Of a stretch of DNA of 64,000 nucleotides, positions 21,701 through 30,777 are shown in pieces (position 1 is the first letter of the stretch; the number at the start of each line of letters is the position of its first letter). The notes under the pieces are model-generated. The model searched no databases. It saw nothing but the letters and a program-made list of their open reading frames with translations, and was not told where the DNA came from. The translations under genes and the position numbers were made by a program. The DNA is from Enoplolaimus lenunculus (Eukaryota), in assembly GCA_030248215.1 (NCBI GenBank), contig JASANG010001204.1:248001-312000 (forward strand). The letters run 5' to 3'.

Positions 21701-24156
21701 TAGTCCAAACTACCCCTCTTAAGAACCCTGGTGGATAACTTTTTATAAAAGTTATTTTGCTTTTTTGGTGGGTGTCAGGTAATCAACGGAAATACAGCCG
21801 GCCATATTTGTTTGTATTAATTTATTTATGTTGCTGAATAGCGACACTACTATTTTTACTTTGTATACTAAAGTCTTTGAATCACATTTAGGATCCTGTA
21901 GTTACCAGTCGTAGTGGGACTACATTTATTGAGCGAAGCTCGAACGCACGTAAGCAATTAAGCTAATATGCAAATTAGCTATTAGCTAACTATTCAATTA
22001 TCGGTTTTGGATGTTTGTGAACTATTTATTCAAATTCCTCGCATCCAAAAACCCTTCAGCCACTCTAATAATTTTTGGAATAATTTAAAAAGTCTTAATT
22101 TTGTTTTGTCAATTAAGCTAATATGCAAATTAGTTATTAGCTAACTATTCAATTATCGGTTTTGGATGTTTGTAAACAATTTATTAAGATTCTTCGCACC
22201 CAAAAACCTACAGTAAGCCCTAATAATTATTGAAATAATTTAAAATGTCCTAGTTTTGTCTTGTCAATTAAGCTAATATGCAAATTAGCTATTAGCTAAC
22301 TATTCGGTTATCGGTTTTGGAGGTTTGTAAACAATTTATTAAGATTCTTCGCACCCAAAAACCTACAGTAAGCCCTAATAATTATTGAAATAACTTAAAA
22401 AGTCCTAGTTTTGTCTTGTCAATTAAGCTAATATGCAAATTAGTTATTAGCTAACTATTCAATTATCGGTTTTGGATGTTTGTAAACAATTTATTAAGAT
22501 TCTTCGCACCCAAAACCGTACAGTAAGCCCTAATAATTATTGAAATAATTTAAAAAGTCCTAGTTTTGTCTTGTCAATTAAGCTAATATGCAACTTAGCT
22601 ATTAGCTAACTATTCAATTATCGGTTTTGGATGTTTGTAAACTATTTATTCAAATTCCTCGCACCAAAAATCCTTTAGTGCTGAAATTATATTGCTTTTA
22701 ACATTAATAATTAGTGAAATATTGTAAAAAGTCCTAATTTAGGCTTATAAACTATGCTAATATGCAAATTATCTATTAGCTAACTGCTCAATTATCGGTT
22801 TTGGAGGTTTGTAAACAGTCTGCGCAGATTTCTCGTACCCAAAAACCCTTAAATGCTAAAATTGGATTGCTTCTAACTGTAATAATTAGTGAAATATTGT
22901 GGAAAGTCCTAATTTAGGCTTAATTAATTATGCAAATTAGCCTGTAGCTAATAAACGGCTTAAAATTTTCAAACCCTAATGCGAGGTTAACACCCCAGGA
23001 TAATTGGCTTTCAAACAAAAAGTTTATCAAAATCGGTTCAGTCGTTCCTGAGATTCTTTTCGGACGGACAGACGGACAGACGGACAGACGGACAGACGGA
23101 CGGACGGACAGACGGACAGCCGGACGGACGGACATCCACCTTTCGACCCCCAAGTACAAAACATAAAACGCTTCGCGAAACTTCGAGCTTCGCTCGGAGT
23201 TTCGCTTCGCTCAATTATTCAAACCAAATTTTCACCTTCTTTGCTCATTTTAAATTCATTCAATTGGGTGCTGTTTCATTTCATATACGCTTCAAAATAC
23301 GAAACTATTTCTCTTTATAGCATCACCAAGGCCACCGTTAGAATTGTCGCCTCCTAAACAGGCCCGAGGGGCCCCAATAAAATGTTTCACAAAACTATAA
23401 CTTCGTAGTCTCCGCGAAAAAATTGAGTTTGCCGAGATGGGAGCACCCAATGGCCGAAGCCCCGCTTCCGCCGGCATTGAGCATAAGTAACCTTTTTTAG
23501 TGTGTTTATTATTCCATAATGCTGTTTGCATGAATTGACTCAAAACTTCAGATAAACACCTACACCGCTTGATGGTAAATTAATTTCTTCTTGAAGCTGA
23601 ATATTTTAATAAACACGATACGAGACTTATCAAAACTCGCATTGACATACGGTTCAATAATATCACCCAACAACTAAACACATTTTAGCTTCATCTCGCT
23701 TTGCAACGGATCTGGTTAGCCGACAAATTGTGAAATCACGTAATGACTTTGCTGAACCCTCTGTAAATCTTCTTGCTCCTTCTACTAACATCTATTGATT
23801 GTGGCTTCCAAGAACTCAAGAGCACCTGGCTCGTAGCCAGGTCACCTTGATATGGGGGCTAAACATTTTCAGTCAAAGATTGCGACAATTACCGATGACT
23901 TACAAGAAAGGTTGAAAATTTTCTACGATGGCAAAATTGTTCCATGGAAGGCTGAGTACCCCCTTGCTCGCTTCCCTTGGCTACTAGCCCAAAGAGCACT
24001 TACTCGAAATATATAAAACGGACTATCAGCAATATTGCATGAATTTGCTACACCACCACCTGCACTGTTGGCATTAGACGATGTGCCAGATTTTAGCAAC
24101 GACTCAATTGTTGCATGTGATTTGACCAGCATCCATTTTGACTTATTAGACGTCAT
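727..24156 (-). CDS. TRPA1: TRPA1 (transient receptor potential cation channel subfamily A member 1), 22 coding exons in window, 3' end truncated by window edge
   Basis: 22 exons with GT-AG boundaries and matching phases join to 3033 nt / 1011 codons without a stop; ankyrin repeats (TPLH motifs), linker CP..LIEYMP..VLLD.C, LKW, six hydrophobic segments, pore MMMGD and NLLIGLAVGDI signature. Confidence 0.97.
1017..1416. mobile_element. TA-flanked MITE family B (Tc1/mariner-type TSD), copy 1
   Basis: TIR ctgtagtgacccgaataagagg consensus, TA on both sides; homologous copies elsewhere in window. Confidence 0.85.
1551..1748 (-). CDS. TRPA1: TRPA1 exon 21 (pore helix, filter, S6): IADEFLAPLVSIARTVLMMMGDWDF...FVILMPILFINLL
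   Basis: ttttacag acceptor, gtgagt donor, 198 nt, phase 0/0; overlaps ORF 1443..1724. Confidence 0.95.
2297..2426 (-). CDS. TRPA1: TRPA1 exon 20 (S4-S5 linker, S5): MDSVGLFVVMFTQILRTVMRVIFVFSVLFVAFGFTFHTLLSTR
   Basis: tttcag acceptor, gtaagt donor, 130 nt, phase 2/0. Confidence 0.95.
2927..3134. mobile_element. CACTG-ended foldback MITE family A (CMC/CACTA-like), copy 1
   Basis: cactgcaaaaaatggtgagtcaaattgactctct ... agagtcaatttgactcatcatttttgcagtg, 2-bp TA duplication. Confidence 0.88.
3709..3884 (-). CDS. TRPA1: TRPA1 exon 19 (S3-S4): KQSYFADAVKYVDIALHLTTILLVFP...ECGVFAIFLAWFRILLHFQR
   Basis: tttttcag acceptor, gtaaat donor, 176 nt, phase 0/2. Confidence 0.93.
4674..4763 (-). CDS. TRPA1: TRPA1 exon 18 (S2): QIDNQLGILLVLVIYEIITFGRELVLMIQT
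   Basis: cttttag acceptor, gtacgt donor, 90 nt, phase 0/0; hydrophobic helix ending in conserved (R/K)E. Confidence 0.9.
5488..5720 (+). mobile_element. tRNA-derived SINE-like element (3' boundary approximate)
   Basis: A box tagcgcagtgg, B box gagttcgatcc, gcgggct/agcccgc stem, broken anticodon and T stems; related copy near 47015-47110 shares the cttttccagct tail. Confidence 0.65.
5736..5922 (-). CDS. TRPA1: TRPA1 exon 17 (S1 and S1-S2 loop): KSYGQLVYIINLTLYSIFVIALTYFIL...SQCFE
   Basis: tttttag acceptor, gtaaac donor, 187 nt, phase 2/0; overlaps ORF 5628..5951. Confidence 0.92.
6239..6449. mobile_element. MITE family A, copy 2
   Basis: Same CACTG TIR and internal gagtc/gactc foldback; right end degenerate. 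Confidence 0.85.
6650..6864. mobile_element. MITE family B, internally deleted partial copy
   Basis: Ends tcttattcgggttactacag-ta; shares ggactcttattgattgggactcaaa block; left boundary approximate. Confidence 0.7.
7450..7520 (-). CDS. TRPA1: TRPA1 exon 16 (pre-S1): WMVRYGRVDLLSHKVSLFYLKLKW
   Basis: tttaag acceptor, gtatgt donor, 71 nt, phase 0/2; MV..GR..LL.H.....L..KW motif. Confidence 0.93.
7970..8056 (-). CDS. TRPA1: TRPA1 exon 15 (linker): ESYDFRFMNIGKTEHVRPDSRIIPLMATN
   Basis: tttcag acceptor, gtaagt donor, 87 nt, phase 0/0; Y.F.. and PL.A.N motifs. Confidence 0.9.
8161..8538. mobile_element. MITE family B copy
   Basis: ta-ctgtagtgacccgaatgaga ... tcttattctggtcactacag-ta. Confidence 0.85.
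8792..8851 (-). CDS. TRPA1: TRPA1 exon 14 (linker): VLLDVCHTVSDEDPSSIDYW
   Basis: ttttag acceptor, gtttgt donor, 60 nt, phase 0/0; VLLD.C motif. Confidence 0.92.
9046..9400. repeat. AT-rich interspersed repeat (aacttaa/ttaagtt-rich), second partial copy at ~25005-25150
   Basis: actcttt-aaaact...agcttaact.aactt.aatattagttt.agtaaa...acggactaactaaa shared by both loci. Confidence 0.65.
9691..9897. mobile_element. MITE family A, copy 3
   Basis: cactgcaaaa ... ctcaccatttttagcagtg foldback. Confidence 0.85.
10048..10132 (-). CDS. TRPA1: TRPA1 exon 13 (linker): RDEFLLIHSEQYVCPSLALIEYMPQVYK
   Basis: tttcag acceptor, gtgccg donor, 85 nt, phase 2/0; CP...IEY.P motif. Confidence 0.92.
10414..10780. 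mobile_element. Harbinger-like MITE with tacttaagta repeats; second copy 34403-34671
   Basis: TIR ggctgggtttct.aaa / ttt.agaaacccaacc in both copies. Confidence 0.7.
10806..10972 (-). CDS. TRPA1: TRPA1 exon 12 (last ankyrin repeats): NTALHTTALANQPGAAEILL...VATVFVQHPR
   Basis: tttacag acceptor, gtttga donor, 167 nt, phase 0/2. Confidence 0.93.
11216..11395 (+). mobile_element. TTAA-type MITE family E with tRNA-like core, degenerate copy
   Basis: TIR ctcattctcatata / tatatgagaatgag followed by ttaa; internal cctccca...gagttcgaatcc. Confidence 0.65.
11518..11700. mobile_element. MITE family A, copy 4
   Basis: cactgcaaaaaatgg ... ccatttttgcagtg, flanked by tt on both sides (2-bp TSD not fixed as TA). 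Confidence 0.85.
12056..12170 (-). CDS. TRPA1: TRPA1 exon 11 (ankyrin): DYTGCTPLHLAVEKGHLQTTKLLLSVHQNLLDRTNKLG
   Basis: tttatag acceptor, gtaagt donor, 115 nt, phase 2/0; absent from ORF track. Confidence 0.95.
13127..13291 (-). CDS. TRPA1: TRPA1 exon 10 (ankyrin): YGRVNTAKKLLESPVGPNIINDFDLCGQTSLHIASSGGHLKVVQILLYKGAIIH
   Basis: tttcag acceptor, gttagt donor, 165 nt, phase 2/2. Confidence 0.95.
13681..13847 (-). CDS. TRPA1: TRPA1 exon 9 (ankyrin): SEASQLLTQKDAKGNTPAHLAATHGNLRALEMLIRSGVALNLKNLDEKSPLHLAA
   Basis: ttttag acceptor, gtaagc donor, 167 nt, phase 0/2. Confidence 0.95.
14331..14534 (-). CDS. TRPA1: TRPA1 exon 8 (ankyrin): GASKEAADLDNRTPLLLTANRG...RNVVHYLVESGSGFQVTLNAASDE
   Basis: ttttccag acceptor, gtaaga donor, 204 nt, phase 0/0. 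Confidence 0.94.
14758..14900. mobile_element. Short foldback element
   Basis: ccagtgtcacggtttaattcctcccc / gggggaaagaattaaacgtaacactgg terminal inverted repeats. Confidence 0.6.
15532..15789 (-). CDS. TRPA1: TRPA1 exon 7 (ankyrin): AVRVCLQFGARIDAKQEDNSTPFHLACSQG...MTPLHLAAMFDHPDVVDFLVEM
   Basis: ctttag acceptor, gtatat donor, 258 nt, phase 0/0. Confidence 0.95.
16481..16578 (-). CDS. TRPA1: TRPA1 exon 6 (ankyrin): EKYGYTKEMVLNYTDTERNNPLHTAVNSGDLH
   Basis: tttttaag acceptor, gtaagt donor, 98 nt, phase 1/0. Confidence 0.94.
17633..17741 (-). CDS. TRPA1: TRPA1 exon 5 (ankyrin): LQCGAKLCVMCDFGYYPIHNATKAGSSQTIEVFLTE
   Basis: ttttag acceptor, gtaaag donor, 109 nt, phase 0/1; GYYPIH motif. Confidence 0.95.
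18114..18375 (+). mobile_element. TTAA-type MITE family E with tRNA-like core
   Basis: ttaa..cccttctcacat ... atgtgagaaaggg-ttaa; internal caagacgtgagagcc and tagct...gagtttgaatcc. Confidence 0.72.
18442..18552 (-). CDS. TRPA1: TRPA1 exon 4 (ankyrin): ALGNYPNQVDVNLRGRRGQTALHIAATDDSHEIAQAL
   Basis: ttttag acceptor, gtataa donor, 111 nt, phase 0/0. Confidence 0.94.
19735..19910 (-). CDS. TRPA1: TRPA1 exon 3 (ankyrin): INAFDLKGNTPLLVASNCGHAETVTMLLKFNAFGNVLNNDSYGAIHLATMARNVDTVV
   Basis: ttccag acceptor, gtagga donor, 176 nt, phase 1/0. Confidence 0.93.
20621..20887 (+). mobile_element. MITE family E, degenerate copy
   Basis: Starts after ttaa; contains cagtgtttaaca and caagacgtgagagc...caagct...cctccca blocks. 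Confidence 0.55.
21053..21209 (-). CDS. TRPA1: TRPA1 exon 2 (ankyrin): VSFRGDLAEVKKLIFDDPSKLTMCDTRGWTPLHHAASKNRTAVVEFLVEQGA
   Basis: tttaatag acceptor, gtaggt donor, 157 nt, phase 0/1. Confidence 0.94.
21347..21605. mobile_element. MITE family D carrying (TTAGGC)n
   Basis: ggcccatgta TIR, gtaagcttaag block, expanded gcttag array; inverted relative to 26044-26206. Confidence 0.7.
21928..23215 (+). mobile_element. DINE-1/Helentron-like non-autonomous element with 155-bp central tandem array and (GACG/GACA)n microsatellite
   Basis: attgagcgaagc / gcttcgctcaat inverted ends, unit starts at 21955, 22110, 22265, 22420, 22575, then two longer degenerate units, aaaatcggttcagtcgtt core, microsatellite ~23061-23133, gcttcgc hairpins near 3' end. 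Confidence 0.75.
24004..24156 (-). CDS. TRPA1: TRPA1 first identified coding exon: MTSNKSKWMLVKSHATIESLLKSGTSSNANSAGGGVANSCNIADSPFYIFR
   Basis: gtaagt donor in phase 0; C...DSPF.I.R resembles the end of the Drosophila TRPA1(A) N-terminal exon as recalled; frame stays open upstream to an acceptor at 24195-24196, so the true start may be further 5'. Confidence 0.8.
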
Positions 24157-26043
24157 AGCTCGGCGTTGGTTTAAAGGCGGAATCAATATTAAAGCTGTAA
24201 AATTGGCATCACATGGCACAGCGTACGAGAACAAATAAAGGTTCTAAATTTAATTAAAAATTGACATTTTATCCAAACGGTGGACAAAAAATCAAATCGG
24301 AACACACGAAAATGGATTTGCAAATTTTGAATCCGTGTAAGCGTACGCTTATCATACTGCCAGCGTTTTAATGTTGTTTCAGTGTAAAACTCCGATGTAC
24401 CAGGCAATTGGCCTAGGCTAATTTCTTCCCCGGAGAAATCGACCGGCCAATTTTTCCTAGTAAAGGGATTGGTCCGGTGAAGCAATTGGCTTGTGACCAG
24501 GGGTGTAGTCAAGGAAACGGGGTAAAATGGCTATGACCACCGGGCACCTAATGGTCTGACAAAAATTTTAAAACTACTGTCAGGTTGATACTGCGAAGAA
24601 TCAATTGTCTGAGAGTGTTTGAAACAAGCGTCTTCGCTCGCGAAATTTCGTCACTGTATCTAGTGCTAATGCTACTAAATGAACCTACGTCGTAATTAGG
24701 GCGTCTATAAAAGGTACGGGAGCCTTGCTAACCGCGAAGGACCTGTGCAGATTGCATGGGGTGTTGGTTGGCCACATGGAGCCAAGGCGATTAAAGGTCA
24801 CATACCCTTTGCAAATTATCAAAATTTAATTTGCATTTGACTTCTCGCTCGTTTCGTTTTCGAGTTTTCCTCATTATATGTCGCGCCCCGGCTCATGTGC
24901 CCCCTTATTTTTGATCATTGCTACGCCCCTGGATGCTGCCTACGCCGGTGCATAATCATAAAACTGTGTTACTAAGATCAAGATAACAACATGTGACAAA
25001 CATACTCTTTAAAACTAAAACTTAATTTGTAGCTTAACTGAACTTGAATATTAGTTTCAGTAAACCTAAAATGGCTGGACGGACTAACTAAACTAGAATT
25101 TTATGTTTTACTTAAACTAACAGTATTTTTAAATTTAACGCGAGTTTAGCAAACCACAAACATTTAGATTTGAGCTAAGCTAAAACCCTGCTACCAGGCA
25201 TTGCAGTTTCATAACGAGAATTTAATCACAGTTTCGTTCATAATTAATGCGTTGCACAGCTGCGGATGTTAGACCAAAAAGAAACAATAAAATTAACAAG
25301 CAACAATCATTTCAATATTAAAGTAGGATTCATCAGTAAAAACTTCTTGAATACTTCAGTTGAGTCAATTGAAATTGCGTATGCTTCCACTTCATCTCTA
25401 TTTCGGCTACAGTGAACGCAAACAATGAAAACGTCTATCATATTCCATTAAAAAAGTGTAACAGTATCTAGTTGATCAGCGCCCTTGACACTTCTTTTTC
25501 GCCTTTTGAATGACAAACTCTATCCAGCCCCCATGGCCTTTGTCATATATTCCAGATGCTCAGTCTATCCTTGGGTCTAATCTAGGAGCGTAAAAAGGCT
25601 GTGCCAGCGCAGGTAGTATAGAATTATATGCTTGCTTAGCGAATTTCCATTTAATCTGTTTGTATAATATAGTATTTCTCGTTGGATTGTCATTGTGGGA
25701 CCCATTAGCAAGTAAAATACGCGCAGCTGTGGCAAATTGGTTTTCGAGGTAAGCTTTTTGATTGCATAAAACGCATGAAAAGACGTTTTACTGATAAGAG
25801 TTTTTGTAACGTAAATCGAGCGAGTTACATCTATGCACTGTAATTAAACAATTGTATTCAACGCAGAAGAAAAATTAAAAGCATAGGTAAGGTCTGTAAA
25901 CGGTAAAGCAATTTCGCGCGCGTATACCGCGGCTAAAAAATCTTCACCCACTTAGCCTGATAGGAAGTTGCTGTACTGTACCTGCATCGATTATATAAAT
26001 GGGACTTTATTGAAACTTTGTAGCGATGCAGTGAAAGCAACTA

Positions 26044-26206
26044 CGGCCCATGTATAGAACAGGGCCTTAGCAGTTGTACAAGCATATTCCTAAGCCTAAG
26101 CCTAAGCCTAAGCCTAAGCCTAAGCAAAAAAGTTAGTCTAAATCTTAAACTGACTCTATTACAGCCGCACAGAAAAACGATCCAGTCCTGTTCTATACAT
26201 GGGCCG
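26044..26206. mobile_element. MITE family D carrying (GCCTAA)n, best-preserved copy
   Basis: cggcccatgtatagaacagg / cctgttctatacatgggccg perfect 20-bp TIR; related copies ~15808-15960, ~29365-29511, 30806-30947. Confidence 0.82.
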
Positions 26207-28302
26207 CAACTACAACATTGTATTAAAGCGTAAACCTTTGAACTTTATTAAATAAGCGCATTCATTGAATATCAGATTTCAGCGAAAATGAAACTAAATC
26301 GTGTTTACAGACTCTAAAACCGATGCTAAAAACTCAATGGTTGTTTGGTTTATTTTGTTTGCCAGTGTTAAAGACTAAACGTTAATTTACTCTCATTGCC
26401 GCTAGCACTGGCGAATCGAGGAAATTTTGATGGTGAAGGAACTAAGGAAGCCTAGCAGTAATCGTGAATAAAGCTCGCGAGTCAGAAGCCAAACGCAATC
26501 TTAGCTTTAGCCCAAATTTTGATTTCGACCATTATCGAGCGCCTAAGCCCTGGTACCCCGCGTTGGATCTGCCAGCGGTCACTCTTGTTCAATGTAAACC
26601 CACGTTGGCTTCAGTGCGAACATAGTGTTTCGACCTAGGATTTGAATTGAAAGGTAAGCTGCGAACGGTCTCCTATTGGAACATTGATATTGTTATTACG
26701 GAATCATGTCAAGAATAAACGCGATTTTAATCGTCTCTCAAAACCTTTTTTGAAAGTGTAAACGCTCTAAAATGAATCGCTTGAGCAGCAAAACGTTATC
26801 AATGCTTTTTAATAGCGTAAACGACATTTCGTCACTAAAATATAGACTAACATATGGCCTATAAAGGCCTGCGTAGTAAAGTGTAAACCTAAAACTAAAC
26901 TTCCCCCTATTCAACAGGCCTCAACAATTAAGGTAAATGCTGCAAAATTGATTTATATGCAGAAGCTGTGCATTTTATAACGAAAGTGAATCAAAATCAA
27001 GATAAATCCTACAGAAAGAAATTAGTCAAACCTATCCTATCGTCCGCTAAATTGTTGTACATAAACGCAAATATAGAGTACTGGAAGTTAAGTTAATAGC
27101 AATTTTAATAACCTGACAGTGGCACATGAATAACGCTATTTTTTATCACATGAATAACGCTATTTTTTATCAAATGGATGTTTAGCACAATTAACAAAAT
27201 TTTTATTTATAAAGTATTCGAAAACGGCTAATATGACATTCAGGAGCAATACAAGGGGCATGGGGATATATCCGTTTGGATTTTTATAGACAAGAAAAAA
27301 ACCACTTTAACAGGTTTTAGCATAACCTTCTGGATCGTGAAGATCAGTTAAAGTTTTGGCACACTTTATTTTATTGCTTCGAAATGAAATTCTGTAAACG
27401 GCTTTGGTCACTGTAGTGTAAAAGCGGCCACCCAGGCCATGCATCCAACAGAAATTTAAAACTCAAATTTTTCATTGAAATTTATGTACAAAAATTGCGT
27501 TTGACTTCTCGCTCGCTTCATTCGCAAGCGATGTTCACCATTATATATGCCGTGACTCTCGTGTGGAAATCTCACGATCTGTCATTGGTCCTGGTCCCAT
27601 TGGCGACTACAAAAAAGCAATTCAATGTTTATATTTTTTCTCGCCAAAAAAGGTACTTAATAAAAAAATTTCATCACAGCGGAGGTAGAAAAACTGGTCT
27701 ATTCAACGACTAGATTTTACTTTACTATTTATATAATCTAGACAAATCTATGTCAAACACAAATGCAACAACAGACCACAAAATACATCATGTAGACCAG
27801 AGTTGTCCGCGATCCGTAGCAAGTCGACTTCCGTACCCTGTAGGATTTTTGCTAGAAAACTCAACAATTTTAGTATGGCCTTTGAAATTTTGTAAAAATT
27901 GTTACGTGCAGTAGGTTCCGTTGTAACTTTCAGGCTATTTTAAAAGTTTGAAGTGTGGACATTTTTTAAAAAGCCGATTTCAGCGTAACTTTTGACAACA
28001 CTTCCAAATTTTTTAAATTAGCAATTTGTATATTATTTTAACTTCGTAATATTGTCTCGCGACGAACTCCGGTTCCTGTTTGGCAAAACTGGTTGACAAT
28101 CAGCAACGGTATTTTTCTTCTTGAGTTTCATCATTCCAGTTTACTTTTACTAATAAACTTTATTATGCCGTTTATACACTATGGTCAAAGGGTTATGTAT
28201 TATGGCTCATCCACGTTATACTGTCTACGCTACTGTAAAAAAATTGTACACCCACTTATTTACAAGGGCGATACAAAACATTACTGTTTTTCGGATATTT
28301 GG

Positions 28303-28687
28303 CAATGGCGGATCCATGGGGGGCACTCCGGCCGTGCCCCCCCAACAGCATCTCGCCAAAAATTATAGTGTCAACTGTTGCTCCGCGCTGTTTTTTTCTC
28401 TGTTTTATACACAATAGTATAAGCAAGTTTTAAAGTTTCGAACACACCTTTATTTGGCCCTGGAGTCATTTATGCGCTACAATTAGGGAGAATAGACATT
28501 TATGGACTCTAACAAGGTTTTAAGGACTCTACCCTCTTACGGAGTCTTATTAGGGATACGGACTTCTATTAATTGGGACTTAAAATGGGGACCCCTCTTA
28601 TTTGTTTCACTACAGTATGGGTCAAAAATAAGTTTATTACCTGTGAAATTTTGCCCCCCCCATTTTGAGATCCTGGATCCGCCACTG
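28303..28687. mobile_element. hAT-like MITE containing a family B fragment (~28420-28615)
   Basis: caatggcggatcca / tggatccgccactg TIR; exact 8-bp TSD atatttgg at 28295-28302 and 28688-28695. Confidence 0.85.
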
Positions 28688-30607
28688 ATATTTGGACTTT
28701 GCAGAGGGCATAATATAAACACTGCAATTAGGTACTTTAGGGACTCGCATGTGGGTACAATTTTTTACAGTGGCGTAGACAGTGTAACTTGGATGACACA
28801 TTAATATCAATACACTGGAAACTTTAACAAATTTTTACTGACTGCAATAAAGGTGGGAAAAAATGTGGGGCGCGTGTAAAGCAATTTTGCAGTAGTATAC
28901 CAGCGGGCAAAAAAATGAAACTGCCGCGGGTAAGACGCGGACCGGGTACAGAAATCTTTACCAACTTACACCTCTGATCTATACGCTTGCGGTTTCTGGT
29001 TATTGTTTAGTTGTTAGGCCGGAAACTAAAAACTGTTAATCTAAGAGGTATAATAAGCTACGAGGTACAAACACTAACTTAAATTTCAACGGCCAAAATT
29101 AAGTATGCACATTTCAAAATGTATATCTAGTATGGTGTAGCTTGTGTAGCACTCATTTATACTCATGTATTAACGATAAAAGAGTGTGTTACAAACGATG
29201 AACTTTGCATCAACTTTTAATCAATAAAACGTTTCTTCATGAAACCAACTCTTGGTTATGACTCTTTGAACAGAAGCATGCGATTTAAAAAAATTGTGTG
29301 GTACAAAATGTATCCCCCGTACTTTAACGGATCGCACCTACCACACTCTACTTTCGAACGAGGGTCGGCCTCGCATTGAGGAAGCATCAGCTTAATAATA
29401 AGGTTATAGCTAAGCATAGGCGTAAGTCTATGCAAAAAATTCGTCTAAAGCTTAAGCTTACTCTCATGCAGTCCCGCTGAAAAAAGGTCCGCCTCTCAGC
29501 TATACATGGGCGTAAACTTCTTTTATATAATGCAAATGTTTATTAGACATAACACCGTGACTTGGGCAATCGTTGTCATCAAGCCAACCACCAAATCGAA
29601 CGATCCGTAAATTTGACGTCCAAACGCCCAGTCTTCAGTCGAAGCGTGGACAACGACTAAACGGTCTTCTTCATTTTACACAGAGGTAGAGTAGCTAAGT
29701 AATTAATTCGTTATTTTGATCTGTTACACTTAAAAGATATGGCAGTAGATGTGTAAACATGGATCTTAGAATATAGCACGTCAATGCTATCGTTATACGA
29801 AGCTGATGGTTTCGAACTGCTGTTTGCCAAATTGGTTTAGATATTGCCATAAGTATTCGAACGATCGCATATTACAAAAATATTTGATGCGTTTTCGACT
29901 TCACATAAAATTGTACAACATCGAGCAACTGTTCACATAATCTCGAATATAGCTGGAACGAACTTTAGTACAATTATTGCTGGGTCGAAACCAAATATCC
30001 TTTCAAATGTTGTACACTTTCAAGCTCTCAAATTCCGTAGCCACCGTTCAAACTGATGTAAAACACTAAAATAATGGTCGTTTGAGTTGAAGTCAACTGA
30101 AACTCTATGGTCGCTTCAGTATTGCTGAGATACATTTGGCAGCGTATAAATTCGGAAGTGATTGGTTTTTGCGTATATGGCACATTGATGTATGGAGTAT
30201 GGTGACATTACAGTATCTCAAAGTTTCGGCTCAAATTTAAACATATACAATTTCAGACTTTTGTACACTTCCCCCACATTTCAGGCAAAGGCTTCGGAAT
30301 CGGAAGGCGTTTCCTGAGCCTACGACTAAGCGTAAATGCGAGCAAAGCGAAAAAGAACTAAATTTGCCTTTAACCTTTTACTTGCTGTTCGATTACGAAC
30401 ACAAAATTTGCATTTTCAAGCTGATTTTTGTCATTTAAATGACTTAAATTTTGAAACCAAATAGAGCAGTAGTGATTAATCGAATGACGGTGAAATCATA
30501 GAATCCAGAGCTTTACATTTGAACCTAAACTTTGGCAGTGGTATATGTCACCAAATTCAGCAATAAAAGATCGCCATAGCTGCGGCTGAAGTGCACAAAT
30601 TGATTGT

Positions 30608-30777
30608 TTAGCATCCTTGTTGGTAGATGAATATTAGGACAAAGACGCCGATAAACAGGATAACAGTGACTGCGATCACAGCACACAGGATACCACCCCA
30701 ACCAGCAGAACGATAAAATTGCGGTAGGGTTGTATTGCCAGTATATGGTTTGAGATCACCCCAAGGATTCCAGAATT
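30608..30777 (-). CDS. Ly6-like gene exon 4: FWNPWGDLKPYTGNTTLPQFYRSAGWGGILCAVIAVTVILFIGVFVLIFIYQQGC*
   Basis: tttttttag acceptor, phase 1, >20-residue hydrophobic run, TAA at 30610-30608. Confidence 0.85.

Noticed and set aside
21955..22940. CRISPR-like array
   Set aside because: Whole 155-bp units are repeated with no unique spacers; eukaryotic context, no cas genes.
23564..23596. Short candidate minus-strand exon (LQEEINLPSSG) in TRPA1 intron 1
   Set aside because: No homology support; exon 1 to exon 2 already joins at the conserved DSPF..FR/ankyrin boundary.
26088..26125. Telomere / nematode origin from (GCCTAA)n
   Set aside because: Short, interstitial and enclosed by MITE TIRs.
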